Assembly: GCA_963850305.1 (NCBI GenBank)
Contig: CAWKKR010000004.1
Span: 480,001-544,000 of the forward strand
From: an uncultured delta proteobacterium
GTDB lineage: Bacteria; Myxococcota_A; Polyangia; Polyangiales; Polyangiaceae
DNA: 64,000 nucleotides
Direction: 5' to 3'
The translations under genes were made by a program, and so were the position numbers. Shown here one piece after another: positions 1 to 9,823 of this stretch (its first letter is position 1; every line of letters begins with the position of its first letter). A model generated the notes under the pieces. That model saw nothing but the letters and a program-made list of their open reading frames with translations. It did not search any database and had not been told where the DNA came from.

Positions 1-354
1 CTGTGCGTCGGCTCGAGCGTCTGCCCGAGCGACGAGATCAACCCCGACGACTACCCCGGCTGCGGCTTCCGGACCATCTCCCCGAGCTTCGATCTCGAGT
101 GTCTCTGCGACGGCAACGAACTGTGCCCGATCGGCATCGCGGCAACGTGCGGTGACATCGCGACGCTGCTCAACGGTCGAACCGTCGCGGACATCTGCAA
201 TCAGATCGGCTCCGGGACGTGTCTCGAAGTGGGCAGCCCGACGACCGCCACCACCGGGACTGGCGGGCAACCGGGGGCGTCGTCCACTTGCGACACGGAT
301 TGCGCGTCGGACTGCGCGAACGCCCCGACGTGTCTGACGGCCTGCGGCTGCTGA
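1..354 (+). CDS. Partial (5'-truncated by window) Cys-rich secreted/lipoprotein-type protein
   Basis: Frame 1 is open from base 1 to TGA at 352-354 and reads LCVGSSVCPSDEINPDDYPGCGFR...CDTDCASDCANAPTCLTACGC; absent from the ORF track because its start is outside the window. Confidence 0.75.
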   Translation: MCVGSSVCPSDEINPDDYPGCGFRTISPSFDLECLCDGNELCPIGIAATCGDIATLLNGRTVADICNQIGSGTCLEVGSPTTATTGTGGQPGASSTCDTDCASDCANAPTCLTACGC

Positions 355-389
355 CGCCGTGACGGCGCTCGGGCTACGCTCGGGCGGGC

Positions 390-1442
390 ATGAAAACTAC
401 CGAGCGCGACGAAGCGTCGCTGGAGCGATTGTTCGCGCGCTTGCTGGTGCTGTCCCTGGCTCTCCCGCTGGAGACCGCTGCATGCTCGTCGCCCCCATCG
501 CACGCGGTCGACGCGGGCGTCGTGGACAAGGCACCGAGCGACCCGTGCGCGCCGAAGTTCCTGCGCGCCGTTCCGTACTCCGATGCCGGCGACTGCCGGG
601 CGTTCGAGCGGCTCTCGTGCGGCCCCCCCTCGTTCATCGAGCCCATCGACGGCGGTTGCCGTTTCCAGACCATCGACTGCCAGACCCTATGCCCCGGCTA
701 CGGGGCGGCCGAATGTCATGCCGAAGACGCCTCCTGTCCGAAGGGGCGACTCTCCTCGAACGGCTTCACCGTCGTCTGCGACTACTGCGGCGCGATCGGC
801 CGCCGACCGCGCGGGCTGCTACCGAGCGCGGCACCTGCCGGGGAACGCGCTCTCGGCGTCTTCTTTGCCGCAGCATCGCGTCTCGAGGCCGCCTCGGTAC
901 GTGCCTTCTCCGAGCTCGCGACCATGCTCTCCAACCTCCGCGCCCCGGTGGAGTTCCTCCACGCCGCGCGGGCTGCAGCCGAGGACGAGGTCCGCCACGC
1001 CCGGCTCACCGCCGGGCTCGCCCGTCGATTCGGCGCCCGCCCAGGACGTCCGCGGGTTCGGCGGGCACGCGCGCGCGACTCCCTCCACGACGTGGCCATC
1101 GAGAACGCCGTCGAGGGATGCGTCCGCGAAACATACGGAGCCGTCTTCGCGTCGTGGCAAGCCGCTCACGCCGCCGACGGCGAAATCGCGGCGGCAATGC
1201 GATCGATTGCCCGAGACGAAACACGCCACGCGGCGCTCGCCTGGGCCATCGCGAGGTGGGCAGCGCCTCGACTCTCCGCGGCCGAGCGCCGTCACGTCGA
1301 AGGCGCCGTGAGAGAAGCCGCCGCCGCCCTCGACGACGAAATCGCGGAGCCCCCCGACGAGCTCGTCACCGTCGCGGGCTTGCCGGACGCCGCGACGCAG
1401 ACACGGCTGATCGCCGGGCTCGCGCGCGACCTGTGGGCTTGA
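390..1442 (+). CDS. Ferritin-like (diiron four-helix bundle) domain lipoprotein
   Basis: Lipobox-like TAAC after a hydrophobic stretch; Cys-rich N-region; E...ExxH pairs LEAASV / EDEVRH / EGCVRE / DETRH. Confidence 0.8.
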   Translation: MKTTERDEASLERLFARLLVLSLALPLETAACSSPPSHAVDAGVVDKAPSDPCAPKFLRAVPYSDAGDCRAFERLSCGPPSFIEPIDGGCRFQTIDCQTLCPGYGAAECHAEDASCPKGRLSSNGFTVVCDYCGAIGRRPRGLLPSAAPAGERALGVFFAAASRLEAASVRAFSELATMLSNLRAPVEFLHAARAAAEDEVRHARLTAGLARRFGARPGRPRVRRARARDSLHDVAIENAVEGCVRETYGAVFASWQAAHAADGEIAAAMRSIARDETRHAALAWAIARWAAPRLSAAERRHVEGAVREAAAALDDEIAEPPDELVTVAGLPDAATQTRLIAGLARDLWA

Positions 1443-1513
1443 CGCCAACCTTCGTCGTTCCTGACCGCCACCGGCACCACGGCCAACCTGGGCCGTACTA
1501 CGATGGCTCGCAA

Positions 1514-2323
1514 ATGAATCCCGAGCTGCGTCTTTATACATTCTCGATTTCCCATTTCAGCGAGAAGATCCGGTGGGCCCTTGACGCCGCAGAGATCCCG
1601 TATCGCGAGATCCGCTGGACGCCGGTGTTCCACGCGCCCCTCGCGCGGCGAAAGAGCCGGAAGAGGACGACAGTGCCGATCATCGAGACGGACACGGAGG
1701 TGATCCAGGACAGCACCGCGATTCTCCACTGGCTCTCGCGAACGCGCGCGCCGTTCCCGCTCTTACCGGAAGATCCGGAGCCGCGTCGCGAAGTGCTCGA
1801 GATCGAGAAGCGCTTCGACGAGGTCGGCAAACACGTGATTCGCTACGCTTACGGGACCGCGCTCGAGCATCCGGATGCGGTACAGAGGATGTGGCTCCTC
1901 GACGCGAAGCCCCTCGAGCGCGTGTTTCTGCCGCTTCTGTTTCCCGTCATCAAGCCGCTCTTCCGGAAGCGGTTTCGGATCACGCCGGATGCCGTGGCGC
2001 TCTCGCGACAGGTCATCGACGATGGCATCGCGTGGCTCGATGGCCGCGTCGCGGACGGCCGTCGCTTCCTCATCGGCGAACGGCTAACCGCCGCGGATCT
2101 CACTGCGGCCGCATTGCTCGCGCCCCTCGCCTGCCCGTCGGAACATCCGGTGTATGGGCAGACCGAATATCGCGAGGTGATCGCACCTGCCGTGAGCGCG
2201 TGGTCGGCGCGACCCGCATTCGAGTGGGTCCGAATGCTGTACGCGAAAGAGCGCGGCGGGGGCCGGGGGCGCACCGCTGACCGGGCACCAGGGGCTCACC
2301 GTATCGCGAACGGCGTCTCGTGA
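1514..2323 (+). CDS. Glutathione S-transferase family protein
   Basis: N-terminal LYTFSISHFSEKIRWALD, TVPII, IQDSTAIL and C-terminal FLIGERLTAADL motifs; start taken at ATG 1514 inside ORF 359..2323. Confidence 0.85.
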   Translation: MNPELRLYTFSISHFSEKIRWALDAAEIPYREIRWTPVFHAPLARRKSRKRTTVPIIETDTEVIQDSTAILHWLSRTRAPFPLLPEDPEPRREVLEIEKRFDEVGKHVIRYAYGTALEHPDAVQRMWLLDAKPLERVFLPLLFPVIKPLFRKRFRITPDAVALSRQVIDDGIAWLDGRVADGRRFLIGERLTAADLTAAALLAPLACPSEHPVYGQTEYREVIAPAVSAWSARPAFEWVRMLYAKERGGGRGRTADRAPGAHRIANGVS

Positions 2324-2709
2324 AATGCGGGTTCGAGCGGCGGATGCGGCAGCGGAGGTGGCAGGAAGTACGACCCGTATTCGGGCCCGGGCGGGGGCCG
2401 CTGGTACAGCAACTCGTCCGGCTTCGCATAGGGCTTCTCGCGATAGATCGCGAGCCGTTCCTCGTACAGATCGACCGGTTCCTGGCGGTAATAAAACCAG
2501 ACCGACCCGGACCGAAAGTACCAGCGATTGTCGATCAGGAAAACCTCCCTGCCGTCGTGACGTGTTTGCGGATACGTGACGGCGTCGGACGGGACGCTCG
2601 CTGCGACGGCCCACGGTTCGGCGCCGGTCGTGGCACACCCGGCCACCACCAGAGCGACCGCCAAGACGATCGGTAAGGTCGCGGTCTGCGTAAATTGCCG
2701 TGCGTCCAT
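2296..2709 (-). CDS. Small Pro/Tyr-rich lipoprotein, unknown function
   Basis: MDARQF...LAVALVVAGC lipobox; aromatic core WYFRSGSVWFYYRQEP; ATG 2709 preceded by a sigma-54 box. Confidence 0.7.
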   Translation of the reverse strand: MDARQFTQTATLPIVLAVALVVAGCATTGAEPWAVAASVPSDAVTYPQTRHDGREVFLIDNRWYFRSGSVWFYYRQEPVDLYEERLAIYREKPYAKPDELLYQRPPPGPEYGSYFLPPPLPHPPLEPAFHETPFAIR

Positions 2710-2721
2710 GCATCCGGGAAG

Positions 2722-2737
2722 AGCAAGCCCGGTGCCA
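2722..2737 (-). promoter_or_regulatory. Sigma-54 -24/-12 promoter
   Basis: TGGCACCGGGCTTGCT on the minus strand (GG-N10-GC, near consensus); conserved C is 14 nt upstream of ATG 2709. Confidence 0.75.
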
Positions 2738-2933
2738 CGCGCTGCCGCGCGGTTCTCCGCGCTGGAACGCAAAAAGACACGAACGATTCTCGCGTGCATC
2801 GAGTGGATGTCCGGACGGTGGTCGCGAGCTTCCCGTAGCAAGTTGTCCCGAGCACGCGGATGGACGCGGCCCGAGCCGCCCCATGCAATGGCGGCCCGGG
2901 CTCCGGGTCGGGAGGCTCGCGGGCGCCGTGACC

Positions 2934-3878
2934 TCACTCTGCACGCGCGACCGCGAGCAAACCCCGTGTCCTCGTGATGCCGTCCCACATGTAGAGAATC
3001 AGCGCGGCCCAGATACACCCGAAGCCCACGGCGCGCGCCGCCGTGAAGGATTCGTGAAAGAGAAAGATCCCGAAGAGAAGCTGGAGCGTCGGACCGATGT
3101 ACTGGACGACACCGACGGTCGAGTATCGAACCCGGCGCGCGCCGAACGTGAAGAGTCCGAGCGGGATCGCGGTGAGCGGGCCGGCGAAGAGGAGCAACGC
3201 ACGCAGGCCGGTGCTCCCCGCGCCGAAGCTGCCGTGACCGGTGGCCTCCTCGAAGAGGAGATAGGCCGCCCCGAAGGGCGCGATGAGCAGGGTCTCGACG
3301 GCCAGCCCGACGAGAGCATCGACGGCGACCGTCTTGCGGATCACGCCGTACGCGCCGAACGCGAATGCGAGCGCTAGCGCGATGAAGGGCGGATGCCCCC
3401 CGAGCCACGTGATGTGTGCGACGCCCGCGCCGGCAATCGCGACGGCAAGCCACTGAACGCGGTTCAACCGCTCGCGCAAGACGGCAACGCCGAGCAGCAC
3501 GTTGACGAGCGGGTTGATGAAGTACCCGAGGCTCGCGTCGACGACGTGACCGTTGCCGACGGCCCAGACGTAGACGAACCAGTTGATGGAGAGGCAGGTC
3601 GCGGACAGGACGAGCCGCTTGAGCGTCGAGGGACGGAAGAGCGCCTCGCGTACGCTCCCGAGGTGCCCACGAACGGCGAGCCACGCGAAGACGGAGGCGA
3701 GACACCACACCACCCGATGCGCCATGATCTGGACGGGCGGCACGGAGGCGATCGTATAGAGGTAGAGTGGCAGCACGCCCCAGACGAGGAACGCGCATAT
3801 CAACGCGGCGAGCCCGCGTGCACGTTCAGTGGCCGCAGTCTCGATGGACACCACCGCGGGAGCGCGCTCTTGGGACAA
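2934..3878 (-). CDS. rarD: EamA/DMT family transporter RarD
   Basis: WGVLPLY, AHRVVW, INWFVYVWAV, ASLGYFINPLVNVLLG, QYIGPTLQ motifs; about 10 TM helices. Confidence 0.9.
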   Translation of the reverse strand: MSQERAPAVVSIETAATERARGLAALICAFLVWGVLPLYLYTIASVPPVQIMAHRVVWCLASVFAWLAVRGHLGSVREALFRPSTLKRLVLSATCLSINWFVYVWAVGNGHVVDASLGYFINPLVNVLLGVAVLRERLNRVQWLAVAIAGAGVAHITWLGGHPPFIALALAFAFGAYGVIRKTVAVDALVGLAVETLLIAPFGAAYLLFEEATGHGSFGAGSTGLRALLLFAGPLTAIPLGLFTFGARRVRYSTVGVVQYIGPTLQLLFGIFLFHESFTAARAVGFGCIWAALILYMWDGITRTRGLLAVARAE

Positions 3879-4984
3879 GGCGCCGTTGATATTCGACTCC
3901 CGCGACGCTGACTACTCACGTTCGACACTCTCCTCCGCGGCTTCCATCCTTCGACCTCTCCCTGTGTTCTCTCCCTGTCTCGCCGCCACGAGGCGCACAG
4001 CAGCGCCGTGAAGAGCGCCCAGACTCCACCATTCCCGTTCAGATCGCCGGCCGTGGTGGCACATCCCCCGCGACGTTCCGAGTGCACCGTGCCGCGGGCG
4101 GCGGCGTCTCCGGTGGGAATCTTCGGTTCGAGGAGGGCCGCGTCGCGGGCCGCGTCTGGCTCGGCGACGCGAACGGCGGCTGCATCGAGAAAAGCAACGT
4201 CGGAGGCGTCGGCAGCAGCGCGGCGCGAACGTTGGGTCTCGCCGCGCCTGGCGTGCCCGAGCGCCGTGCCGGCGTCACGAAGGCCCGCAAACGCCCGCAG
4301 CTCTTCGACCGAGCCGTTGAACACATCGACGTCCACGTCGCCCGTGACGCCACCGATGTCGTCGCGATATCCGGTTTGCCAGAAGAGCCACGCGCCGAAC
4401 CCCGACGGCAGCGTCGGACACGCGACCCCGTAATCCGCGACCCAGAGCGGACAATCCGCGAGCTCCAGAGTACCGAAGTACTCGTCCCAGAAGTTCGGCG
4501 CGGTGTAGACGAGCGGCGGCTTCCCCGTTCCGGCCGCGACACGGGCGATCCAGTCTTTTACCGCGGAGGGTGCGGCATCCGGCAGAGCGCCGCCGAGCGC
4601 TTCCACGTCGAGCGCGACGGGGAGGTCGCCCGGACCGAGCTCGCCGACGCGCTCGACGACCAGGTCGGCCTGGGCAACGGCATCTTCGCCTGGTTCGAAA
4701 TATTGATACGCGCCGCGCAGGAGGCCGGCATCCCGCGCGCCCGCCCAGTTGAGCTCGAATTGCGAGTCAGGGTGGGAGAGTCCATCGCTGATCCGCACAA
4801 ACCCAAAATCAATCCCGGAGCTCTCGACCTTCGTCCAGTCGATGGCGCCCTGATAATAGGAGACGTCGACCCCTTCGACGGAGCTCGGGCGAGTGCAAAC
4901 GGCGTCCTCCCGAATGGCGCCGATGGTGGCGGAACTCGACGGCGCGCAGCCCTCGAGCAAGAGCAGGAAAAGCAAACACCGCAC
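3800..4984 (-). CDS. GH25 lysozyme/muramidase lipoprotein with MYXO-CTERM-like tail
   Basis: GVDVSYYQGAIDW, RGAYQYF, LPVALDVE, LWVADY, WLFWQ, GDVDVDVFNG; lipobox LEGC; C-terminal GGC...VWALFTALLCASWRR. Confidence 0.88.
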   Translation of the reverse strand: MRCLLFLLLLEGCAPSSSATIGAIREDAVCTRPSSVEGVDVSYYQGAIDWTKVESSGIDFGFVRISDGLSHPDSQFELNWAGARDAGLLRGAYQYFEPGEDAVAQADLVVERVGELGPGDLPVALDVEALGGALPDAAPSAVKDWIARVAAGTGKPPLVYTAPNFWDEYFGTLELADCPLWVADYGVACPTLPSGFGAWLFWQTGYRDDIGGVTGDVDVDVFNGSVEELRAFAGLRDAGTALGHARRGETQRSRRAAADASDVAFLDAAAVRVAEPDAARDAALLEPKIPTGDAAARGTVHSERRGGCATTAGDLNGNGGVWALFTALLCASWRRDRERTQGEVEGWKPRRRVSNVSSQRRGSRISTAPCPKSALPRWCPSRLRPLNVHAGSPR

Positions 4985-5089
4985 GAGGCGCTGTTCGGCT
5001 CCGGCGCGCCATCGGTTGCGCGAAGGATTCGCCTGCGGCTATGGGTGACAGTCCGCGAAATGCGCTCGCGGCCCGACCAAGGAACCCCG

Positions 5090-5968
5090 ATGAAACACGG
5101 CACCCTCTTCCGAATCTTCCAGACGATCGACGTGCATCTCTTCCAGATCGGCGATCAATCGATCACGCTCGGGACGGTCCTGGTGATCGCGCTCGTGGTC
5201 GTGTGTTCGTACGGATTCTCGCTGCTCGTTCAGCGGGGGGTCGCGCGTGCCATCGGGCGGAAGGGCGGACAATCGGTTCCGGTGGTCTCCCGGCTGCTGC
5301 ACTACGCCATCATCGGTAGTGGGCTCTCGATCGCGCTCGAGACGGCGGGGATCCACCTGAGCGCGCTCTTCGCGGCCGGCGCGGTCTTCGCGGTCGGCAT
5401 CGGGTTCGCGATGCAGAACATCGCGCAGAATTTCGTCTCGGGGGTCATCTTGCTCGTCGAGCAGTCGATCCGTCCCGGCGACATCCTCGAGGTGGAGGAC
5501 AAGCAGGTGCGAGTGGTGGAAATGGGGATCCGCGCGACCCGGGTCCGCTCGCGCCATGACGAGGTATTGATCGTGCCGAATTCGACGCTGGTGCAATCCA
5601 CCGTGCGGAGCTTCACCCTGCTCGATACCCTGTGCCGCGTTCCCGTGAGCGTGGGCGTGGCCTACACCAGCGACATGCGCGTCGTTCGCGCGACACTGGA
5701 AGACGTCGCCCGTTCCATCGAGTCGCGCTACGAGGCGAACGAGCCGGTGATCATGCTGACGGACTTCAGCGCTTCCACCGTGGACTGGGAGGTTTCGATC
5801 TGGATCGAGGACCCCTGGCGGCTCCGGATGACCGCGTCGTTGCTTCGTGAAGCGATCTGGAATGCGTTCGCGGAGAAAGGAATTCAGATGGCGTTCCCTC
5901 AGATGGACGTCCATCTCGACGATCCGGTGGTTGCGGCTTTGCGAGAAATCGGGCCGCGCGCGGCATGA
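5090..5968 (+). CDS. Small-conductance mechanosensitive channel (MscS family)
   Basis: GAVFAVGIGFAMQNIAQNFVSGVILL, IRPGDILE, IVPNSTL, GIQMAFPQMDVH; start ATG 5090. Confidence 0.92.
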   Translation: MKHGTLFRIFQTIDVHLFQIGDQSITLGTVLVIALVVVCSYGFSLLVQRGVARAIGRKGGQSVPVVSRLLHYAIIGSGLSIALETAGIHLSALFAAGAVFAVGIGFAMQNIAQNFVSGVILLVEQSIRPGDILEVEDKQVRVVEMGIRATRVRSRHDEVLIVPNSTLVQSTVRSFTLLDTLCRVPVSVGVAYTSDMRVVRATLEDVARSIESRYEANEPVIMLTDFSASTVDWEVSIWIEDPWRLRMTASLLREAIWNAFAEKGIQMAFPQMDVHLDDPVVAALREIGPRAA

Positions 5969-5998
5969 GCCGAAGTTCGTGATACGTTTGACGATCGA

Positions 5999-7174
5999 AT
6001 GCGCTCGCATCGCTTCGCGCTCCTGTCCGCGGTCCTCTTCTATGGATGCGGGCGCGTCGGTTACGACCTGACGCCCGGCGGGGCGAGTCGGGGTGGCGCA
6101 CCTGGCGGCGTCGTCCCCGCGACGAACGACTCGGGCGCAGGGGGCGCCGCGACGGGCGCCGGCGACGGTGGAATCGGCGGCGCATCGAACACCGGCGGCG
6201 CATCGAACACCGGCGGCGCATCGAACACCGGCGGCGCATCGAACACCGGCGGCACATCGAACACCGGCGGCGCATCGAACACCGGCGGCACATCGAACAC
6301 CGGCGGCGCATCGAACACCGACGGCACATCGAACACCGGCGGCGCATCGAACACCGGCGGCGCATCGACCGATGGCGGAGTGACGTCGCTCGAACGCGAC
6401 ACGAAAGGCACCGACGGAAGCCTCGCATCCCGAGGCGAAGCGGGCGCCGGGACGGACGCGGGCGAGCGGTGCGGCCTCTCCACCGGCGGCGTCGCGGACA
6501 ACTGTCTCGATCTCCCGTCGCTCCTGAACGCACCGGTCATCGACGGAATACTCGACTGCGGATTGTCACTGTCCGAGCTGGTGCCCGATGGCTGGAACGG
6601 ACCGCTCACGGACGCCGGCGTCGCACCGATCGACACGAACGCACGCTACGTCGTCGGGTGGCGCCCCGACGGAATCTACTTTTTCATCGACGTCACCGAC
6701 CCGGACGTCATGCAGGCCAACGCCACGGATCATGCCTGGATGGGCGACGGCGTGGAACTCTACGTGGACTCGGACGGGACGTACACCGCGTCACCGAGCT
6801 ACGATGTCCCCGGAACCGACCAGTTCGTCGTCGCCGCGCCTCAGCCGACCGACGCGGCTCCCCGGGCGGAAATATGGGTGATGCAGGCGCTGCAAGGCCC
6901 ATGGCAAACGAACTCGCTCGTCTCGAAACTTCACACCGGCGGCTACACCATCGAGGCCTTCGTCACGGCAGCGGATCTCGGACTCCCCAGTCTGTCGCTC
7001 GTTCCCGGCGCGCACGTCGGCTTCGATCTCGCGGTGAACGTATCCTTTCCGGACGCGGCCACGACCGGCGGCGGAGGGCATCGGCTCGGCCAGTACTTCT
7101 TGAGGGTCGGCCCTGGTCCCGTGTTTCCATTCTCCGACGTGACCGCCTTCTGCAACCCGACCCTGGATCAATAG
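5999..7174 (+). CDS. Lipoprotein with GGASNT-repeat linker and CBM9/DOMON-like sugar-binding domain
   Basis: Lipobox FYGC; APVIDGILD, GIYFFIDVTD, WMGDGVELYVD, GYTIEA, VGFDLAVN motifs. Confidence 0.75.
   Translation: MRSHRFALLSAVLFYGCGRVGYDLTPGGASRGGAPGGVVPATNDSGAGGAATGAGDGGIGGASNTGGASNTGGASNTGGASNTGGTSNTGGASNTGGTSNTGGASNTDGTSNTGGASNTGGASTDGGVTSLERDTKGTDGSLASRGEAGAGTDAGERCGLSTGGVADNCLDLPSLLNAPVIDGILDCGLSLSELVPDGWNGPLTDAGVAPIDTNARYVVGWRPDGIYFFIDVTDPDVMQANATDHAWMGDGVELYVDSDGTYTASPSYDVPGTDQFVVAAPQPTDAAPRAEIWVMQALQGPWQTNSLVSKLHTGGYTIEAFVTAADLGLPSLSLVPGAHVGFDLAVNVSFPDAATTGGGGHRLGQYFLRVGPGPVFPFSDVTAFCNPTLDQ
6176..6370 (+). repeat. 18-bp in-frame tandem repeat (GGCGGCGCATCGAACACC), 10 full units plus a partial unit
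   Basis: Directly visible; encodes (GGASNT/GGTSNT)n. Confidence 0.95.
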
Positions 7175-7274
7175 TCCCGCATCGACGAGGACGTCCCCGA
7201 GGGAGCGAGGGTCGCGGGAGCCGCACCGGAATGAGTGAACAGGCAATTCACGGCCCCGCCGTTTCCGGGGGAAG

Positions 7275-7290
7275 CGGCACACGGCTTGCT
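7275..7290 (+). promoter_or_regulatory. Sigma-54 -24/-12 promoter
   Basis: CGGCACACGGCTTGCT (GG-N10-GC); conserved C is 13 nt upstream of ATG 7302. Confidence 0.7.
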
Positions 7291-7301
7291 TGGCCGGGGC
7301 C

Positions 7302-8351
7302 ATGGATTCCCGTGCGCAATTGGAGACGCATGGCTTTCAAGGCTCCGCAAAAGCGACCTTCAAGCCGCGCGACGTCGAGGAACCCGTGGATTTCTGGATC
7401 AATCGACGGCTCGCAGGCGTACTCGTCGCGGTATTCGCGCCGCTTCCGATCACGCCAAATCAAGTGACACTGCTCTCGGGCGTGGCCGGACTCGCAGCGG
7501 GGCTCGTGATCGGGACCTCCCCGCTGTCGCACTCCTGGCACGTGCCGATCGGTGGAGCGCTACTGTATCTGTCGGTGCTCCTCGACTGCGCGGATGGGCA
7601 ACTCGCGCGCCTGCGCGGGGAAACGTCGATGGTCGGCCGCATGCTCGACGGCTGCATCGACGTCGTTCCCACGGCGGCGGCGTTCGTGGGGTTCGCGGCC
7701 TATCTGTATCGCTCGGGATATCCGTTCTGGCCGCTCATCGCCGTCGGATTCGCGGCGGGTTACAGCATGAAATGGCACGTGCATGCGTACGACCATGCGA
7801 AGAACCTGTATCTCCGGAACAGCCTTCCGTCGTCCGCCCACGCGAACCCTCTCCCCTCAATCGAGGAGATCCTGAGCGAGCGCGATCGGCTCGCACGCCA
7901 GGGGGACTGGGTCGGCGCGTTGATTTTGCGTGGCTTCGCCGGATTTACGCAATCCCAGCGTCGCGGTTGGCAGGAGCGTCGCATCGGGCTCGGCGTGGAA
8001 GGGACGCGAACGCCGGCCGAACGCGCCGTATACCGAGCCGAATTCGGTCGCACGATGCGCCTTTGGACGTGGAACGGCCTCGGCACGCACCTCTGCCTCT
8101 TGCTCGCGGCCGCGTGTCTGACGCCGGTCTACGCCGCCGCAGCGCTCGTCGCGTGGGGGTTCATCTTGCTGCCGATGAATGTCGCGACGTGGGCCCTGAT
8201 GCGGAACGAACGGCAGATCGAGCGAACCGTGCAGGCAATACTTAGGAAAGGGGGACCTTGGCAGCCTTGGCCCTCTCCGCTTGCCTCGCAACCGCTGCCC
8301 CCGCCGCCTTCGGCAGCCTCGCTCCGCTCGCGCAGTTCCGCACCTCTCTGA
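7302..8351 (+). CDS. CDP-alcohol phosphatidyltransferase family protein
   Basis: ITPNQVT and signature LDCADGQLARLRGETSMVGRMLDGCID. Confidence 0.9.
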   Translation: MDSRAQLETHGFQGSAKATFKPRDVEEPVDFWINRRLAGVLVAVFAPLPITPNQVTLLSGVAGLAAGLVIGTSPLSHSWHVPIGGALLYLSVLLDCADGQLARLRGETSMVGRMLDGCIDVVPTAAAFVGFAAYLYRSGYPFWPLIAVGFAAGYSMKWHVHAYDHAKNLYLRNSLPSSAHANPLPSIEEILSERDRLARQGDWVGALILRGFAGFTQSQRRGWQERRIGLGVEGTRTPAERAVYRAEFGRTMRLWTWNGLGTHLCLLLAAACLTPVYAAAALVAWGFILLPMNVATWALMRNERQIERTVQAILRKGGPWQPWPSPLASQPLPPPPSAASLRSRSSAPL

Positions 8352-8605
8352 TCCTTCGGGGACGACGCGCGCGTCGATGACGGGTTCGCCCCCTAAGGTC
8401 CGGCTACCGGCATCGCTGACGACCACAGTGGTACGGGAAATTAGCGCCTCAGTCGGATCTTCGAAGAGCGCCGCTGGCACCCTGCCCCAGATCGAAGAAC
8501 TACTCAAAAAGTTCCGTCCGCTTTGCATAGGCATTCCCACTACTGGATGGACATGTCCCGGGGGTGCAACCCGCGGCCGACCCCGGCGCGAGAAAGATCC
8601 TGGAA

Positions 8606-9823
8606 ATGCTAGAAAATTCGCTTCGCACGGGCGCGTTCCTACTCCTGGTTGGCGGCTCCCTCGGCCTGGTCGGCTGTGGCAGCACTGCGAATACCGACCA
8701 AAGCGGGAGCGATGTGGGAACGACGGATGCGGGTTCCGATATCGCAGCAGGGCATGCGGATCCCTGCAAGACCCCGATTCACACCCAATACCTCGACGAC
8801 AACCTCTGCATCGATCCACCACCTCCGGACGTTGGGTTCCAGCTCCACTTCGGACCCACGGATTACACCGACCCGGCAAACGTGGCGCCCTTCGTCCTGG
8901 CGCCCAGCGGCGAGGAGGTCATCTGCGAGAACTTCACGACGCCGAACACGACGGACCAGTGGTACTTCGAGTATCACGCGCGGCTTCGCTCGGGCACGCA
9001 CCACATGATTACGTACACGAGCCAGAACGCGCCGGCGAGCACGCCGCCGGACGGCACGCTCGGCGCCTGCAATCTCGACCCGAGCTTCGCCTTCACCCTG
9101 GGCTCTCAGGCAGCACTCGGTCCGGCGGGCGGCACGCTCGACGTCCCGCTGCCGGGTCGGGCGATCGCGCCGGAAGACCAGGGCCTTGCGTCCAAGATGA
9201 AGGCCAACACGAAGGCCGTCGTCGAGATGCACTACATCAACACGTCCGAAGACCCCATGCTGCGCGAAGCCTGGATCAACGTCATCTACACGCCGGCCTC
9301 GGCCGTGAAGGCCGTCGAAGATCCGATCTACTTCATCGGCGGTCTCGCGATGAACGTCCCGCCGCACACGCAGCAAGCCATCAAGGTGTCAGGGTGCGGG
9401 CTCAGCGACGCCCAGCCCGACAAGATCCGCCTCCTGGGCATGACCGGCCATACGCATGCTTCGTCGACGAAGTTCTTCGCTTACATCGACCGCGCGGGCG
9501 GCGGCGACGCGGGCGCGGGCGGCGACGCGGGCGCCGGCAGTCAGCAGCTCATCTATCAGACCTACACCTGGTCCGACCCGATCAACGCGCAGTTCGATAC
9601 TACCCACACGAATCCCGCCGTCGGCAGCCCCACGAGGGACGGCGCGTTCACGGGCGATCTCTACATGAACCGGGGCGACACCCTCGGATGGGAGTGCGAC
9701 ATCGACAACCAGCTCGATACGTCGCTGAGGTTCGCGAATCAGGCATACACCGGGGAAATGTGCAACGTCTTCGGCTTCGTGACCCCGGGTCTCGGCACGC
9801 CGTGGACCTGCTTCAAGCCCTGA
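8606..9823 (+). CDS. Copper type II (PHM/DBH-like) monooxygenase-domain lipoprotein
   Basis: Lipobox LVGC; motifs GTHHM, EMHYIN, GHTH and GEMC match the CuH (His,His,His) and CuM (His,His,Met) ligand pattern. Confidence 0.75.
   Translation: MLENSLRTGAFLLLVGGSLGLVGCGSTANTDQSGSDVGTTDAGSDIAAGHADPCKTPIHTQYLDDNLCIDPPPPDVGFQLHFGPTDYTDPANVAPFVLAPSGEEVICENFTTPNTTDQWYFEYHARLRSGTHHMITYTSQNAPASTPPDGTLGACNLDPSFAFTLGSQAALGPAGGTLDVPLPGRAIAPEDQGLASKMKANTKAVVEMHYINTSEDPMLREAWINVIYTPASAVKAVEDPIYFIGGLAMNVPPHTQQAIKVSGCGLSDAQPDKIRLLGMTGHTHASSTKFFAYIDRAGGGDAGAGGDAGAGSQQLIYQTYTWSDPINAQFDTTHTNPAVGSPTRDGAFTGDLYMNRGDTLGWECDIDNQLDTSLRFANQAYTGEMCNVFGFVTPGLGTPWTCFKP

Noticed and set aside
359..2323. Apparent long fusions in the ORF track (654-aa GST, 827-aa 28886..31369, 628-aa MscS, 1032-aa Pat, 403-aa MsrQ)
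   Set aside because: The N-terminal extensions are out-of-frame overlaps with upstream genes; real starts are internal
8352..8605. Possible cobalamin or other riboswitch ahead of the monooxygenase/TonB locus
   Set aside because: Could not find the conserved B12-box or other recognisable riboswitch motifs by eye; an Infernal/Rfam scan would settle it
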